Source of the DNA: Eledone cirrhosa | Taxonomy: Eukaryota | Direction of reading: 5' to 3' | DNA: 64,000 nucleotides | NCBI GenBank assembly: GCA_964016885.1 | Contig: OZ024740.1 | Location: forward strand, 232,066,001-232,130,000 | Shown: in pieces, positions 29,130-44,057 of the stretch | Numbering within the stretch: position 1 is the stretch's first letter | How the letters are laid out: each line of letters begins with the position of its first letter | Program-made: the position numbers and the translations under genes | Notes under the pieces: model-generated | Database searches by the model: none | Told to the model about the DNA's origin: nothing | The model's input: the letters and a program-made list of their open reading frames with translations, nothing else

Positions 29130-29357
29130 CTGACCAGTCTGTCGGGCGCCAAACGGCGCCGCTGGTCAAAGCACGTCGTGCTATTTTAGCCATAAGATAA
29201 CGCCATCCCACTGGCTGGGCGGGCAGGCTGGTACTCATTTCTACAGCTGAGTAAACTGGAGCAACGTGAAATAAAGTGTCTTGCTTAAGGAAACGACACA
29301 TCACCCGTTCCGAGAATTGAACTCACAACCTTTCGATTGCAAGCCATGCGCCTTCAC
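29130..29357 (-). mobile_element. SINE family B variant
   Basis: Minus strand gtgaaggcgcatggct...gagttcaattctc...aagcaagacactttatttcacgttgctccag. Confidence 0.8.
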
Positions 29358-29397
<40 letters not shown>

Positions 29398-29414
29398 CAT
29401 ATATATATATATAC

Positions 29415-29501
<87 letters not shown>

Positions 29502-29507
29502 CATATA

Positions 29508-29547
<40 letters not shown>

Positions 29548-29561
29548 CATATATATATCTA

Positions 29562-29639
<78 letters not shown>

Positions 29640-29845
29640 ATCCACTCCTACAAATATGTAAGTGTTCCAGGCATACTTGTTTTCATAAAACCATATAAAC
29701 ATGAATGCAAATATCTTACAACAGGTTTTAATCTGTAAAATATAATTAATGAAATGTATGTATGTATTTTTATATGTATGTATATATGTACGTATGTATG
29801 TATGTTTGTATGCATCAATACATGCATATATATTTGCATGTACAC

Positions 29846-29889
<44 letters not shown>

Positions 29890-30021
29890 TGAGAGAGAGA
29901 GAGAAAGAGAGGGGGTGAGAGGAATTATTTATTTATTAAGCAAAAATCCAGACGCACATGCACAAAACCACATGCATAAAAACACAGACAGACAGACACA
30001 CATAGACAAACAGACAGACAG

Positions 30022-30069
<48 letters not shown>

Positions 30070-30080
30070 CAACATATGTG

Positions 30081-30142
<62 letters not shown>

Positions 30143-30197
30143 TCCCGTTAAGGGTGAAAGCAGCGATTTTTTGCTTAAACTTTAATCTGTTATTTTA

Positions 30198-30258
<61 letters not shown>

Positions 30259-31011
30259 AATGCGCGTTTGTGTGGGAGCAGATAAATATATTTATGCAGG
30301 AAATTGTTAGAACTATAAGCTTGGCTCAAATGATGCAAACAATATATAAAAACATGAAAAACATAATCAGTCATCAGTCTCTATGACAAGATTACGTTTT
30401 CCAATATTTACGTATCTAATATCCTTGAGAAACCATAAATATCAAAACAACATATTTACATTGTTCTACAAATCTCAAGGCTTCTTCTGGTTAAGTAGGT
30501 ATAAACCATCTCCTCGCAATCTACCTCATAGTTGATGATTTGATTTCTGTTCCATCCTACCCTGGAATCAAAACAAATAATCATCTTGAGTAAAACATAG
30601 ATACTGAATCATTTATTTATATCATGTAAATTTCAGATTATATATATAATATGAAATATATATACAGTATATATATATATATATATTTATAAGTCGTTTG
30701 GAAGCCTCGACAATGCAAATGGGTAAATCTCCGGGTAACAAGGTCCGGTGGTGGAGAGAGAGATATGTAAGTAGGTGTACGTTGAGGTGCGTGGTGTGTA
30801 TAAGATGTGTGAGATGTGTAGAATGAAGGGAAGAGTAAAAGAATAAAAATAATAATAACAACACAAGAGAGAGAGAGTTACCTTGGGAGAGATTTAATAG
30901 TCCCTATATATTTCGGATTCACATCCTTCAACTGGGGTTTTTTCCGGGGTGGGGGAAAAGGTTTTCTGTCGGACAACTCGGAACGCGTCTTTCGCTGTTT
31001 GTTGATTTGAA

Positions 31012-31075
<64 letters not shown>

Positions 31076-31082
31076 TATTGAA

Positions 31083-31162
<80 letters not shown>

Positions 31163-31302
31163 TATACGATATTAACATGTGTTAATATCGTATGTTTACT
31201 CCAAATACTTGTTGAGTGCTTTATATCAGTTATAAAAATATTTGCTTGTTGTATCCCAACAATTTAAATAGAACTTTAGCATATATAAATATATATATAT
31301 AC

Positions 31303-31349
<47 letters not shown>

Positions 31350-31397
31350 AGAATAAAGGAACAAAGAATCAGTGTTACATCATAACATATTTAATAA

Positions 31398-31487
31398 CAT
31401 ATTACATATGTTTCACTGTCGATCAGCTCGAGGAATGATCTATTATTGATCGAACCTGACTTTGGAATGGAAAGATCCTCAGATATG
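31398..31487 (-). ncRNA. Type I hammerhead ribozyme motif
   Basis: Minus strand catat-CTGAGGA-...agt-GAAAC-ATAT-GTA^atatg; perfect 5-bp stem I, irregular stem II. Confidence 0.7.
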
Positions 31488-34342
31488 CCTCGCTATATAA
31501 TCTCGTCTCTTATATATATATGTGTGTGTATGTGTGTGTTTATGTGTGTGTGTGTGTGCGTCATTGCATGTCTCTCTGTCTCTCTATATACAGACGTGTG
31601 AGCAATAACATAGCAATGAATATATGAATATATATTGTGAATGTTCAATATATCTCTTAACCGTTTGAGATATTTTTGCAGGGCCTTTGGTTTCGTAAAC
31701 GAAAACAAATACGTTTAACTCGCCAAATATGTGAGGAAATCAGTGACGGAGATGAAAAATATAGCTGGAAAGTGGAAATCAATAAAAGACTCCATAGAGA
31801 CTTGATTACGTCGTGAAGTTGAAAGATCTTGATAGTTGTTCAGCGTTGGAAGATGTATTGCCCAGCGGTGAGCTAATTGTTCGAAGACGTGTCGACGATG
31901 GCGGTTTGACGACTGCAGTAAGTAGCCTCCGTATATTCTGATGCATTACTTTACTTGTTCATGAACTGATTATTAGATGCGGTGGAGGTAATGAGGGTAT
32001 ATGAACATAGGCTATGGAGAGCTAAGATAGTTTTGATGGAATATTAGGAAGGTGTTTCTGTGATGATATAAAAAAAATGATATTACGATCATTCTCTTGC
32101 TCACAGAAACAGAGATAAAAGTAGCGAGCTCTCAAAAATGTGTTTTGTAATATTGCCGAAATCATTTCCTTCGTCCCGAAGCCTCCGCATGAAAACTGAC
32201 AGATAGCTGGATGTTTGCCTGTCACTGCACGTGAAGGAATGCATATTCTAAGTAAATCTTCTCTCAAAGTCATTTGCTGTTATATCAGATGTTTTAGCGA
32301 GAGTGACTCTACAGATAACAGCCTTTAATATACAGAATGTCCCAAATAAACAGTTAGTGTTCTTTCGGAATATGTAAGCTGGTGCTTAGAGTGGTGCCTT
32401 AATATGTAATAAGAATTCTCTCCAATGTCTCAATGTCTTCATTAAAATTGTTAAATCTAGAATCATCATCTGACGAGATGGAGTGGTAAGGGCTTACACT
32501 CTGCAGCTGGTTGACATGTAGTATCATTAAATGCAACCCTATGTTTTCCATCCTATGTTCTAAATTCGGAATTTTCTTTTGATACTAAAATATATTTTAT
32601 TGGATCCTTGTCAGTCACGCAAAGATCTGTATGTCCTATTAGCGTGCTTTTGTGTGTGTGTGAAGGGAATGTGTAGCCACACACAGAAAATAGATCTTCT
32701 TCACAGTTGTCATCCTTTTTGTACTTCTTCGTTACATTCTATTTTCTTTATATTTACCACCCCTCACATACAACGCAAACGTCTTACAAAAGTGTTTACA
32801 AAAATGTTTCAAGATGTATCCAAACGTGAGATAAAATGATCATATAATAAATAAAGATAGGATATTTTTTTTTACGGAAAACATTCAAAAACATAAATCT
32901 GTACAAATAAGGACAACTCATGCATACAAATGTGAGAGGCTGGCACCTAGTTAGAATCAAAATACCAAACGACTACGAGTATCTTCGCTTGATTGCTTCA
33001 GTAAACTTGGTTCTCCACAATTATATTTGAGCAATTTCGACATTCGCTAAAGTCCCTCAGATCCTTGTTGTTGGACCAGTAGTTTAGTCTTTGTCAACAA
33101 TATATTATCATGGGACTTGTCCCTTAATTCATGTTCGAATTATACATTGTTTGGCCTCGCTGTTTTTATCCACCTACGTATTTTCATCGTATATTTCCGC
33201 TCTTCACTTTCTCCATCTCTGCTGTTCCCAGAGACGTGACCGATGGTTATCTAGAGTCAGTCGCTCATAGCATAGTTTTCATATAATGGCTTTGTTTCAT
33301 GACACAGGATTCCTTATAATCTGACTCGGTGGATGGAGCACATCTATTGTCACTTATAGATCTTTCTCTCACGTTATATGGAAGGTAATGCGTTCTTCTA
33401 TTTCATTCTTCTCTTTTTTAAAACAGAGGTAGGTAACGTTTCTTTTCCCTTTTTGCTACATCAATGTATCGGACAATGAACTGTTTTTCCTGATATACCT
33501 CACCAAATATTTCATTTCCTTTAACTAGATCAATTTGAATTGCTTCTTTTATCCTACATCTCAAGCAGATTTTGGTATGCGCACTGTGTTTTCTCTTCAA
33601 ATAAATATTTCCAACACTTTTCCTATTTGAAATTTATTTTTCCATAAACAACTTGAGCACGTGTTTATTTTCATAGGTGTTATCCCCAGTATAGAGAACA
33701 CTTCTTATTGTCGCTTCTGCAGTGACCGGTGTACGAGGTGAGTAAATATAGCAAATAACTCTTTGTCAAAAATGTGTATAAATTTTAAAACTTTCTAAAG
33801 ACAGACGTTTCCACTATCCAAGGTAATAGGATATACATTGGTATATGCAAAGTCCTTTAATGGTAAAAAATATTCTTTTTCGTCTAGTATTCTTGGAAGA
33901 AAATATTTTCTACACGAAGCTCTGCAAAACGGGATTGTTCCTAGCGAACAACAATAACAACAACAACAACATCATATAAATAATAAAACAACATAAACAA
34001 CTATGATGTAAAACAAATAAAAATGACAACAGTAATAACAACGACAACACTATTACAAAACAAACTCTACTAAAGACAACAAAAATGACGACATCATAAA
34101 CAATGTACAATTGCGAGTATAGTAAGATTAGAAAAGCAGACATGGTTACAATAACATCAACATGAAGAATACAAAGAAATGAAGATGGATAGGTTGCCAT
34201 GGGAATACTCTATTTCCTCTCCTGTTTCTTCCTTCTCCACCTCCATCATTACTATCATCTTTACCATCATTTTCATCATTACTATCATCATTACCTTCAT
34301 CATCAGTAATATTACTATCATCATCATTACCTTCTTCATTAT

Positions 34343-34727
34343 GGGTAGAGGGTCGGGCGCCATGCTTTGACGCATAGAGTTACGGCCCTTGGCATTCTGA
34401 GTTCAAATCCCACTGAGCTTAACTTTGTCTTTCATCCTTACGGGTCGATAAAATAAAGTACCAGTAATGCACTGGGTAATTGCTGGCCTTGTGCCAAAAG
34501 TAGAAGCAATTATCATTATGATTAACATCGACAAAGGGCGGTGGATTAGCAGTATCGGTAGAGGGTCGGACGCCATGCTTTGTAGCATAGAGTTACGCCT
34601 CTTTACGGTCTCAGTTCAAATCCCGCCTAGGTTAACTTTGCCTTTCATCCATACGGGGTCGATAAAATAAAGTACCAGTAATGCACTGGATAATTGCCAG
34701 CCTTGTGCCAAAAGTAGAAACAATTAT
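34343..34727 (+). mobile_element. Two tandem family A SINEs; second has TSD attatgattaa(c/a)atcgac
   Basis: Consensus matches at 34343-34512 and 34533-34727. Confidence 0.9.
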
Positions 34728-34859
34728 GATTAAAATCGACGTCTTCGTTGTCATAGTCACCGTCATCATCATCATCGTCACCATTGACTTCCTTTTTATC
34801 AACATGTTCATCACAAATTTTATCACCACTATCATCATCACAAACATAAATAATATCAC

Positions 34860-36075
34860 CATTCATGTGCTCTTCGAACGGGTTTTATTTCTTAATGTCT
34901 TTAAACCATCTTCGTATTTTGAGTTGAATAAATTGTCGAAGGCCTTTCTCACTGCTAGTATATCGGCCATGATCCCTTTATTTGCTGCCTCTTCTAATTT
35001 GTTAATTAACTCTCATATATTTACTATAACTATTTCCCATTCTATACTAACCACTCACTTCAGGCCACGCCACCATTAGTTGTTGGCGATCAGCCTTGTT
35101 AACCACCGCTTAACTAGTTCACTAATCCATCTTGATGGGGACGAGGTCATCAGTAGACAGGTCACTCTCTGTGCTATCTAAGTTGAATATGTATATCACA
35201 AATGTGTGATACGGGTAGCTAATACGTTGAAATTGTTAACACCCACCAATATCCTTATTCGCTGGCCTAAAAATACAGGATATAAGTACGATCTAAATCA
35301 GTCATGGGGAACCTGCAGCCCACGAAGCTTTCTGAATGGCCTAAGTCACCTAAGTGAAATCTTTCTGATTTTCTTATTCCAACTTTTCAGTCGTAATATA
35401 TCTTTCTATCATTTTTACGATCGAGGAAAACAATGTGTACGAATTCTGAAGAAACAAATCAAAACAACCTGAGTTACCGCCCTTTTTTTAATGTGGGCAC
35501 GAATGTAAATTAGCGCTTGCGGCTCGCCTGATGATGAGCCATATCTCATGCACCCCGCTTCTCGAAAAAGGTTACCCATGCCTAATCTAAATGATCAATG
35601 AAACTATTCCATGTCCACATTGGTGCACTCATGAAATCCAGTCCCAACCTGTTGGCTATATCTACATAATTACAACACGCTACTAAAATACCATCCAACT
35701 CTCCTACTAGAACTAAAAACAGAATCTACCCAAATAAGCGTTTTGAATGCAGAACAAATTTATTCATCTTATCACTGTAAGAGTATAGACCACGTATAGT
35801 CTCAATGCACCGCTGTTGCTGCTCATATCAAACAGAACTTTCGAGATACAGACCTTTTCGAAATACCACTGTAGCCCTGACTACCGATCCGGTTTGACTA
35901 TTCAACATGTTAAATTCATACTCGTCAGACACTGATACAAAGATGTGCACCCCAGATATTCTATCATACTGATAGTTATTTCATCTGCATCTAGTAAATT
36001 GAGCTCGTTGAGTAAGTGAACTTGCTTCTAAGCTGATCCCAGGCCACACATATTTATGTATCCCGAATTAAACGC
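34860..36075 (-). pseudogene. Old Tx1/L1-type ORF2 N-terminus (APE endonuclease), interrupted by a hAT MITE
   Basis: GYINMCGLGSA*KQVHLLNEL..; ALRLYVVYTL; VLVGELDG; ELINKLEEAANKG..AFDNLFNSKYEDG aligns with ELVAKVGEALRSG..ALDQFFDAKHEG at ~59.8 kb. Confidence 0.65.
35299..35584. mobile_element. hAT-type MITE
   Basis: Imperfect TIRs cagtcatggggaacct / aggttacccatgccta; 8-bp TSD atctaaat; homologue at 46440. Confidence 0.88.
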
Positions 36076-36384
36076 AGCTGTGTGGATTGGTCACATACCT
36101 TAGTCATAATAAAAGACGAGCAAGTCGGTCTTTCTCTTGAGGAAGCTTTGTATCATTGAGTAAATGCCAAGTGATATTTGTTAGAAGATATCTGTTCGGT
36201 GGAGTTTTTTGACTGTGTAAATTGGTGGACTTCTGTGAAAGGAGATATGTTTTTGCTGCAGTGTTGGTGATAGAACTGCTTTCTGCTGCTTGGAAGGGAC
36301 TTCCTGCTGCTTTTGTTGCTATTGTTCATGCTATTGTTGTTTTTGCCGCTGTTTGAGTTGTGTTAATATTTCCAAAATCAACAA

Positions 36385-36550
36385 AACTACCACCAGCACC
36401 AGCACCATCAGCACCAGCACTATCAGCACCAGCACCAGCATCAGTACCACCAGCACCAGCACCAGCACCACCACCACCACCAGCACCAGCACCAACACCA
36501 GCACCACCACCACCACCACCACATCCACATCCACTTCCACTATCACCACC
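36385..36550. repeat. (CCAGCA)n/(CCA)n simple repeat
   Basis: Directly visible. Confidence 0.9.
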
Positions 36551-36928
36551 GAAACCATTATTACCACCAACAACAACACTAACACCGCCACTTCTCTCAT
36601 CATCACACTCATATTTCGAGATTCCTTTCAGCTACTCGGCAGAAAATACATTGCAGTTTTGCCTATTTAAAAGACAAGAACGATAAAAATGAATGAACCT
36701 ATCCCAAATTACCCCTTACTTTTCCTTGGATGAATTCGTTGAATAAGAATCAAGTGTCATTTATTGATATACCGTTCCTATGCCTTTTCATTTGCCTGAA
36801 ACTAACGAATCTCTTGAATTTAACGAAGGATGGTATATCGTTGTTGATGAAGCTTTTTTATGGTCATTTAATTTCCAATTTCACTTGTCAAACTGTGCCT
36901 ATCTGAGTATAGATCCTTGGCTTAAAGT

Positions 36929-37076
36929 ATAATTGTTTCTACTATAGGCGCAAGGCCAGCAATATTTGTGCACCAGTGCGTTACTGGTGCTTTATTTTAT
37001 CGACCCCGTAAGGATGAAAGGCAAAGCTAACCTCAGCGGGATTTGAACTCAGAACGTAAAGGGCTGTAACTCTACG
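36929..37076 (-). mobile_element. SINE family A
   Basis: Reverse-complement match to the consensus. Confidence 0.88.
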
Positions 37077-37601
37077 TCGTAGCTAAAAGTATAATGAAGA
37101 TGTAAATTCAAGCACATTGACACCACGTCCGTTCTGTTTTATTTCATTATTTCTAATAATCAACAAACATTTCTTTTAAATCATTGATATGTGTCGGAAA
37201 GCTTGAAACGCATTAATAGTAGGAAAAACATAGACAAATCCATCTTTTGTTGTGAATCTAAGATATGTAAAAGTGAAAGATACTGCTATACTTATGCGAG
37301 CTATATATACAACTGCCTGGAGCTTTCTCTGCAAGTAGCGAACACGTGTATACTACTATACCATAGTGTATTTATTTATAGCAATGTGGACTGACTGAAT
37401 CAATTGAGAGAGTGGTGTAATATTGAACACATATTTATATCAATTTTAGGATAAGAATTAATGCAGATTTGGATGGTTGCTATGTAATATAATCAATTCG
37501 ATTATCTGCCCTTTTATAGTGTTACCATCCAGTCTTAGGTATCCGCCCTAATATCAACAGCTTAAAGTTTTCCCCCATTCCCCTCCCCCACCACCACCAC
37601 G

Positions 37602-37646
<45 letters not shown>

Positions 37647-39052
37647 GTCATCATCATCATCATCATCTTCATCGTCATCGACAATAATATCAGCAACTAA
37701 GACAAAAATCAATAACAATCTAATATATAATGATTGGATGACTGCGGGACTGTGTCAAGGATATTTTTTCTGAACACGTTATTAAAATATGTTGGATTAC
37801 TTTGAATAAATCAAGAATGAATATTATGTAATTTATCTACTAAATTTCGTAGGTCTTAATTAAGCATAAATATTCTTATATATAATGTATTGCTTATTTT
37901 AAGATTCACATCTTTCCAATTAACGTCCGTTATATCATAACACATATAGCCGTACGCTATATCACATCGCTTATATAAACGTTCATATATGTGCATAGTT
38001 ATATAACATTTATATTTCCGTCGGTAACTTCCTACTTTTTCGTTTTTATAACATTACAACGTAATGCTGTTTATATATAATATCGTCTTTTTTAAAATGT
38101 ATCATGGATTACTTTACTGATTACAGAAGACAGAGTAACAAAGTCTCTCTCCAGTTTCTGTGCATATTTCTGTGGATACTCTCAATTACGATTTTATTTT
38201 ATTTGTCGTATCATATCTACATGTATGTATAATATCAATATGCACACTACTCATGCTAGCAGAAATCCATCCGAGGGGTGGTTTTCTGCTAGTAATAGTA
38301 ATAATAGGTTAATAGGGACTGAACATTTTGAAATAGAAAAACAAACCTTAAATAGATAAATAAATGTGTAAAAATTAAAGTTGAATTATAAAAAAAAAAA
38401 AATCAACGGGGCCCACGGAGATTTTCTACCGTCGAAAGTTTGATCACATTGTTGAGAAAAACAGATGTGACGAGAAGTAAGCAGATCTCGCGAGATTGTT
38501 CCCCAAGGAACGGATATGGACGCCTTTAGTCACGCTGTCTTAAACTGAAAAGCTGAAATTAGCGGCTGCTCAAACACTTGACAGATTTTTCTAACTGTCT
38601 CTATTTAAATGTGTAAAGACAAACTTCAGTGTTTTTGTAAGTGGAGAGGAGAGAAGGTGGAAGAGATAGGGAGGAAAGAAGGAGCAGATAGAAGTGGTGG
38701 TGGAGGTGGTGGCAACGCTGAGATGGATTGCTTTTAAGTTTCTGTTATGTATGTACGCATGCTTGTATGTATGTATGTATTTATGTATGTATGTACGTGT
38801 GTATGTATATATGTATGTATGTATTTATGTATGTATATATGTATGAACGTATGTATATATGTATGTATTTATGTATGTATGTATGTATGTATGTATGTAT
38901 GTATGTATGCATGCATGCAGGTATGTATGTATAGATGCACGTATGTATGTATGTATATATACATATATATATGTGTGTGTATGTATGTGTACATGTATGT
39001 ATGTATGTATTCTTGTATGTATATATGTATGCACACATGATTGTATGCATGC

Positions 39053-39108
<56 letters not shown>

Positions 39109-39140
39109 GTGCGCGCGTGTGTGTGTGCGTATATATATAT

Positions 39141-39283
39141 ATAATTGTTTCTACTTTTTGGCACAAGGCCAGCAATTACCCAGTGCATTACTGGTACTTT
39201 ATTTTATCGACCTCGTAAGGAGGAAAGTCAAAGTTAACCTCGGTGGGATTAGAACTCAGAATGGCAAGGGCTGTAACTTATAT

Positions 39284-39331
<48 letters not shown>

Positions 39332-39514
39332 GTTTCTACTTTAGGCACAAGGCCAGCAAATACCCAGTGCATTACTGGTACTTTATTTTATCGACCCCGT
39401 AAGGATGAAAGGCAAAGTCAACCTCGGCGGGATTTGAACTCAGATCGTAAAGGGACATAACTATGCTGGAAAGCATGGCGTCCGACTCTACCGATAGTGC
39501 CAATCCACCGCCCT
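39141..39514 (-). mobile_element. Two family A SINEs (39141-39278 truncated; 39327-39514) separated by (TA)n
   Basis: Reverse-complement matches to the consensus. Confidence 0.9.
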
Positions 39515-39900
39515 ATATATATATATATATAATATTAATTAGAAGTAGCACTAACATACTGTGATTCATAATAGAGACGTATATGAAAGCATTGTATATG
39601 CTTTCATATACAATATGTTTGTTATGTATAAAAACATATAATACCAGTCCGTCAAGCATCTACCATATGGCAATGAACATATCAATAAAAGTATAATTTA
39701 CAAAATTCTATATAAGAGAGTGTTTATGAGCTGTTGTATAAGATTTAGTAGACTTGTGGTCTTTTCATTCTTTCTCCTTCGGTTAAAAGCATTTTACTTT
39801 TAATATCAGTAGAAGCAATCTTCAGACAATTTAAAAACAAGCATTATTATCTTCTGGTTTTATTAATTTTCACAGATACAGAGATAGATAGAGAGAGAGG

Positions 39901-39967
<67 letters not shown>

Positions 39968-40189
39968 TGTCAGAGAGAGAGAAAATCGATTTCTAACGTA
40001 GAAACGAGATGCTTTCATTGGAATTTAGACTAGTTCAACTAGGTAAATACGTGTGCGTGTGTGCATGTACGTGTGTTATTGTATGTTTTGAATGATATGT
40101 TTCCACGTACATATGTTTCTGTATCTATACATGTGTATGTGCAGTTATCAAATGCTCAATTTCTGAAACACTTTACGTATTTTTACAGT

Positions 40190-40380
40190 TCCTTTAACGT
40201 ACTGTTCTTGCAACCTCCTAACTAGCCGCGTTCATTCCTGGTTCTGTTAAGCGCAGTTTCGCGAGGTTTGTACTGAGGCAGTTAGTAACATATCCCAGAG
40301 TGCCAATGAATACAGGTACAAATCTAAAGGGATAGCCAAGGTTGAGTATCTGCAGATTCTTCTTTTTCACTAACCTTTAG
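40190..40380 (-). mobile_element. RLE-type non-LTR retrotransposon C-terminal fragment
   Basis: NLQILNLGYPFRFVPVFIGTLGYV resembles SLQIQYPRYTFSFIPIIIGATGYI at 44.9 kb. Confidence 0.6.
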
Positions 40381-40639
40381 CATTATATTGACATCTGCTC
40401 GGCAGCAGGATTCCACGACTGTAAATGTCTTCTTTTTACCGCTCCATATAACTAAGTCTGGCATATTATGTTATTATTTCATTTGGGCTTTGCTTGGAAC
40501 AGTCCACCAGTACTCTTTCATATTATATATGCATATGTCTTCCGTATCACTAACATTTTATTGTCATCTCAGAACAATCATTTCTATATCATGCGTAATA
40601 GATAGATAGTATCGTGATGACATCTTTGTATAGCTGATT

Positions 40640-41020
40640 ATGATATGGCTGACATCCTCAAAGTTTAATCCGTATCTGCATCTATTGATATATCTCGGTG
40701 CTTCTTCTGCATCCGTATCTCTTTTGAGCATCAGGTTTTCCGATGCTTTTAGTAAGCAGGAAAAGCGCCTGTGGTCACAGTCAGATATCAGTGTGCACTC
40801 GAAAGTTGAAGAGTATCAAGAATGTCTGCTTACAACTTTGCTGTATGTACATAAGACATGGACAATATAATGTGATCAGATCTAGAGTATTGAACATTTC
40901 CACCTACAATGCTTGCGCTTCTTCCATAAGATCACATGGAAGTCGCTTATACCTGATATTCCGCAGCAGGCTTGTCTGCAAGGCATGATCATGAAACAAC
41001 GTCACTTGCTGGTTTCATAA
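40640..41020 (+). pseudogene. RTE-clade LINE ORF fragment (post-RT region)
   Basis: AFSKQEKRLWSQSDISVHSKV..Y..CLLTTLLY..TWT then FHLQCLR...ITW. Confidence 0.7.
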
Positions 41021-41029
41021 AAAGAGAAG

Positions 41030-42880
41030 TGGGAACGAATGACCAACTTTTGATTGATTTATAATATAAACTGTAGACGATAATATGGAATTTCAAGAGA
41101 AGTCACACCAACTTAAGACTGGCTTAAATAGATTATCGTAAAGCATATTGATTTAAACCCACATTCATAAATAGAAGAATAATGAAATTGTATGATGTGG
41201 CAGAAAACATGAGGAATTTAATATCATGTAATAGCATGAGAAGCTAGAATACAATATTAACTGTAGGATAAGAAACATTAGCTAATGTACGAATTAGACA
41301 AGGAGTATTTCAGGGTGATTTGTACTGGGGCTGATCCCTCTCAATGATATCTTGCAGAAAGCAAAGCTAGGATATGATCTAAGAAATGACAAAAGAAAAC
41401 TGAATCATCTATTATTTATGGATGACTTAAAGCTGTATGCGAAGAATGAGAAAAAATATTAGAGATCTTAGTGCATACACTACGTATATTCTCAGGAGAT
41501 AGAATGGAATTATATCTCTGAAAATGTTTGACAATAATCATAAGAACTGGAAAGTCCAACAGGACGGAGGGAGTAAAAATACCTAGCTGGGAAATTATGT
41601 AATTTATTGAACCAGCAACAGGTTACAAACGGGTTTTAGAAGCTGATGGTATTAAACACCAAACGATGGAGGAGATGACAAATATGAGTATCTTAGGAGA
41701 ATGTAAAAAAGCTTGGGTCAAAATTGAATAGGGAAACATGATCTCAGCAATAAATACTAGGGTGGTTACAACTGTGCGAACGGGGCAGGAATTATTAAGT
41801 GGACGGATGTTGATTTGAAGGATAGAAAAATAGGAAAATTACTTGAAATATATGAGACACAACACTCATGTGCAGTTGTAGACACACGGAGGCAGGGATT
41901 TCATATGTATAGATCTCATATATTAAGATTGAGGAATCAGTGAAAGATGATTGGTAGCAGTAAGAGAAGAAACGAAGCTTCAATCTAGCAACAAGGAAAT
42001 ACAACTAAACACAGGATACAAAAGGAACATATGGAAGCAGTGCTCAACAAAGTAATACACAAACAATTATTTCACAATGTAACAATTGAACAGGGCAACG
42101 AAGATGAGATTTGTTAAAAATAGACGCATTGAAAATAGAAACTGAGAGTATGATTCTTGCATCTCAGGAGCAAGCATTAGTCATTAACTGGTGAATTCAC
42201 AAAAGAAACGAACAACTATGTTCTTTTGTGAAGATTGTGTAATGAGCGCAACGAAACAATATCATATATTGTTTGTGAATGTTTTAACCTTGCGCAAAAC
42301 CAATAAAAGTTAGAGCGGCATGATGAGGTTGTAAAGAAGATACATTGAGAGTTGTGTGAGAAATGAAAATTTTAATGAGAAAAGATCTGGTATGAGCAAA
42401 AGTCACAAAGAATCATTGGATCGGAAGTTTCTAATAATGACTGGTAAAAAAATTAGTGTACAACAAACTAAACATCACAGTGGTTTACAAGTTTAAAAGG
42501 ATATGCCTTGATGTGACTTGCATATTTGACTCAATAATAACAATCAAAGAATCAGGAAAGGAAGAAACATGTTACATTTTGCAATACCAAATTGTACAGA
42601 CTTGGGATATAAAGCTTGTCGAGATAATGTGGATACTTGTGGGAGAAATGGGAACAGTGACAAAAGACATCAAAAGACACCTAAAGAAAATTAGCATTAT
42701 ATGTCCGGTTGAACTAATGTAGAAAGGATGCCTATTTGGTACAACCAAGATAATTAGGAAAGCACTAGACAGTCAATTGTTATATGCACAGTATGGAACT
42801 TTAGGCTGTAGGTAGGAAGTCCGCTACACATGCTAAAGCCAGATTTCCATATAAGCCTGAGCCAAACTAAAGTAATTATA
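41030..42880 (+). pseudogene. Decayed R4/Dong-like (RLE) non-LTR retrotransposon: RT, zinc knuckle and RLE
   Basis: IDYRKAY; IRQGVFQGD; LNHLLFMDDLKLYAKNE; ETESMILASQEQAL; RLCNERNETISYIVCEC..RHD; GCLFGTTKIIRKAL; many stops and frameshifts. Confidence 0.85.
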
Positions 42881-44057
42881 ATATCAATAAAAAACATCAT
42901 CGTTTCTAATTTACACACATGGGTCAGCAATATTTGAGGGTGGGGTAAGTCGGTGACATCGATCTCATTGCTTAATTGGTTCTATGCTTTATCGACTCCG
43001 AAAGGATGAAAACAAAAACGGCCTCTACTGTATTTGAACTCGAAACTTACCAAATTTTGAAAAAAGAGAAAAGAGCATTGCCCTTATATCAATATTATTT
43101 TCATTCATTCCAAATTTATGGAATTTTCTGTACAGCAGAAAATTTTAATATATCTACAATAATTATGAAATGCTGCAATTGATACGAGATTTAGATTATC
43201 ACACAGCATGATTTCAACATAGAGATTTCAATGGTACAACCGTTGTACAAGACTATAGTAATTCACCCCATCCCAGCATATCCAAACACAAAAATATATG
43301 CTCTGTTTTGTCACTTATTTTTTCCTCTCTTTATGTATTTACATATTTATTTTTTTGAGAGTCTATTGCACATTTTTTAATCAAAACTCACTAAGCAAAA
43401 TGAACTATAAAAAAGCCTTTTAAAAACTTTATTCAAACTTCAGTTTTCGGCAAAAGTATCTTCCCCAGCAGTATGCAAAATGTCATATCTGGTCGAAATA
43501 TAGATTGTATTAAATGCGAAATACATTCCATGACAAATGAAACTAAGACTCAAATACTCTCATATACAGACTTAGAGTAGCACAACCTCAGACGGATACG
43601 TTGGTTGATATTGTTTGAAATAAAACCCTATACAATAGCCATGACCGAAAAGTCTTTCATCATAAGTCTCCTTGTTCAAAACTAACCTATGTCTAAATCA
43701 AACCGAATATTCTACTTTATATTTAATATCTTATTTTTACTAATTCACTGACAATTTCGTAACAAAACATGTTGTGTACCACCAAAAAACGCCCGATTTA
43801 TTAGCTTCTCTTCCAGTCATTTCGTCTAACGCTCCAAGCCCTACACATTTGAAGGTAACCAAGAAACCTCTTCGGCCCTACTCGATCTGCTGGTAGAAAT
43901 AGCAAACAAATTTCCGTCAAATCATACCCCATTTTCTTGAAAATATAGAAGGACGCATTGAATAATATATTTCTAGATGTATTCAAAAAGTGAGGATTGT
44001 CTTGAATTTTATCATAGGCCTCCGTGATTGGGACTGACGTCGGATTAAACACCAATA

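Noticed and set aside
33418-33720. RCRIKEAIQI peptide reminiscent of a PLE GIY-YIG C-terminus
   Set aside because: Only a short motif; surrounding frames are too decayed to confirm.
36290-36686. Pro/Ala-rich or Thr/Ser-rich ORFs resembling formin or mucin
   Set aside because: They derive from a (CCAGCA)n simple repeat; no domain or splice support.
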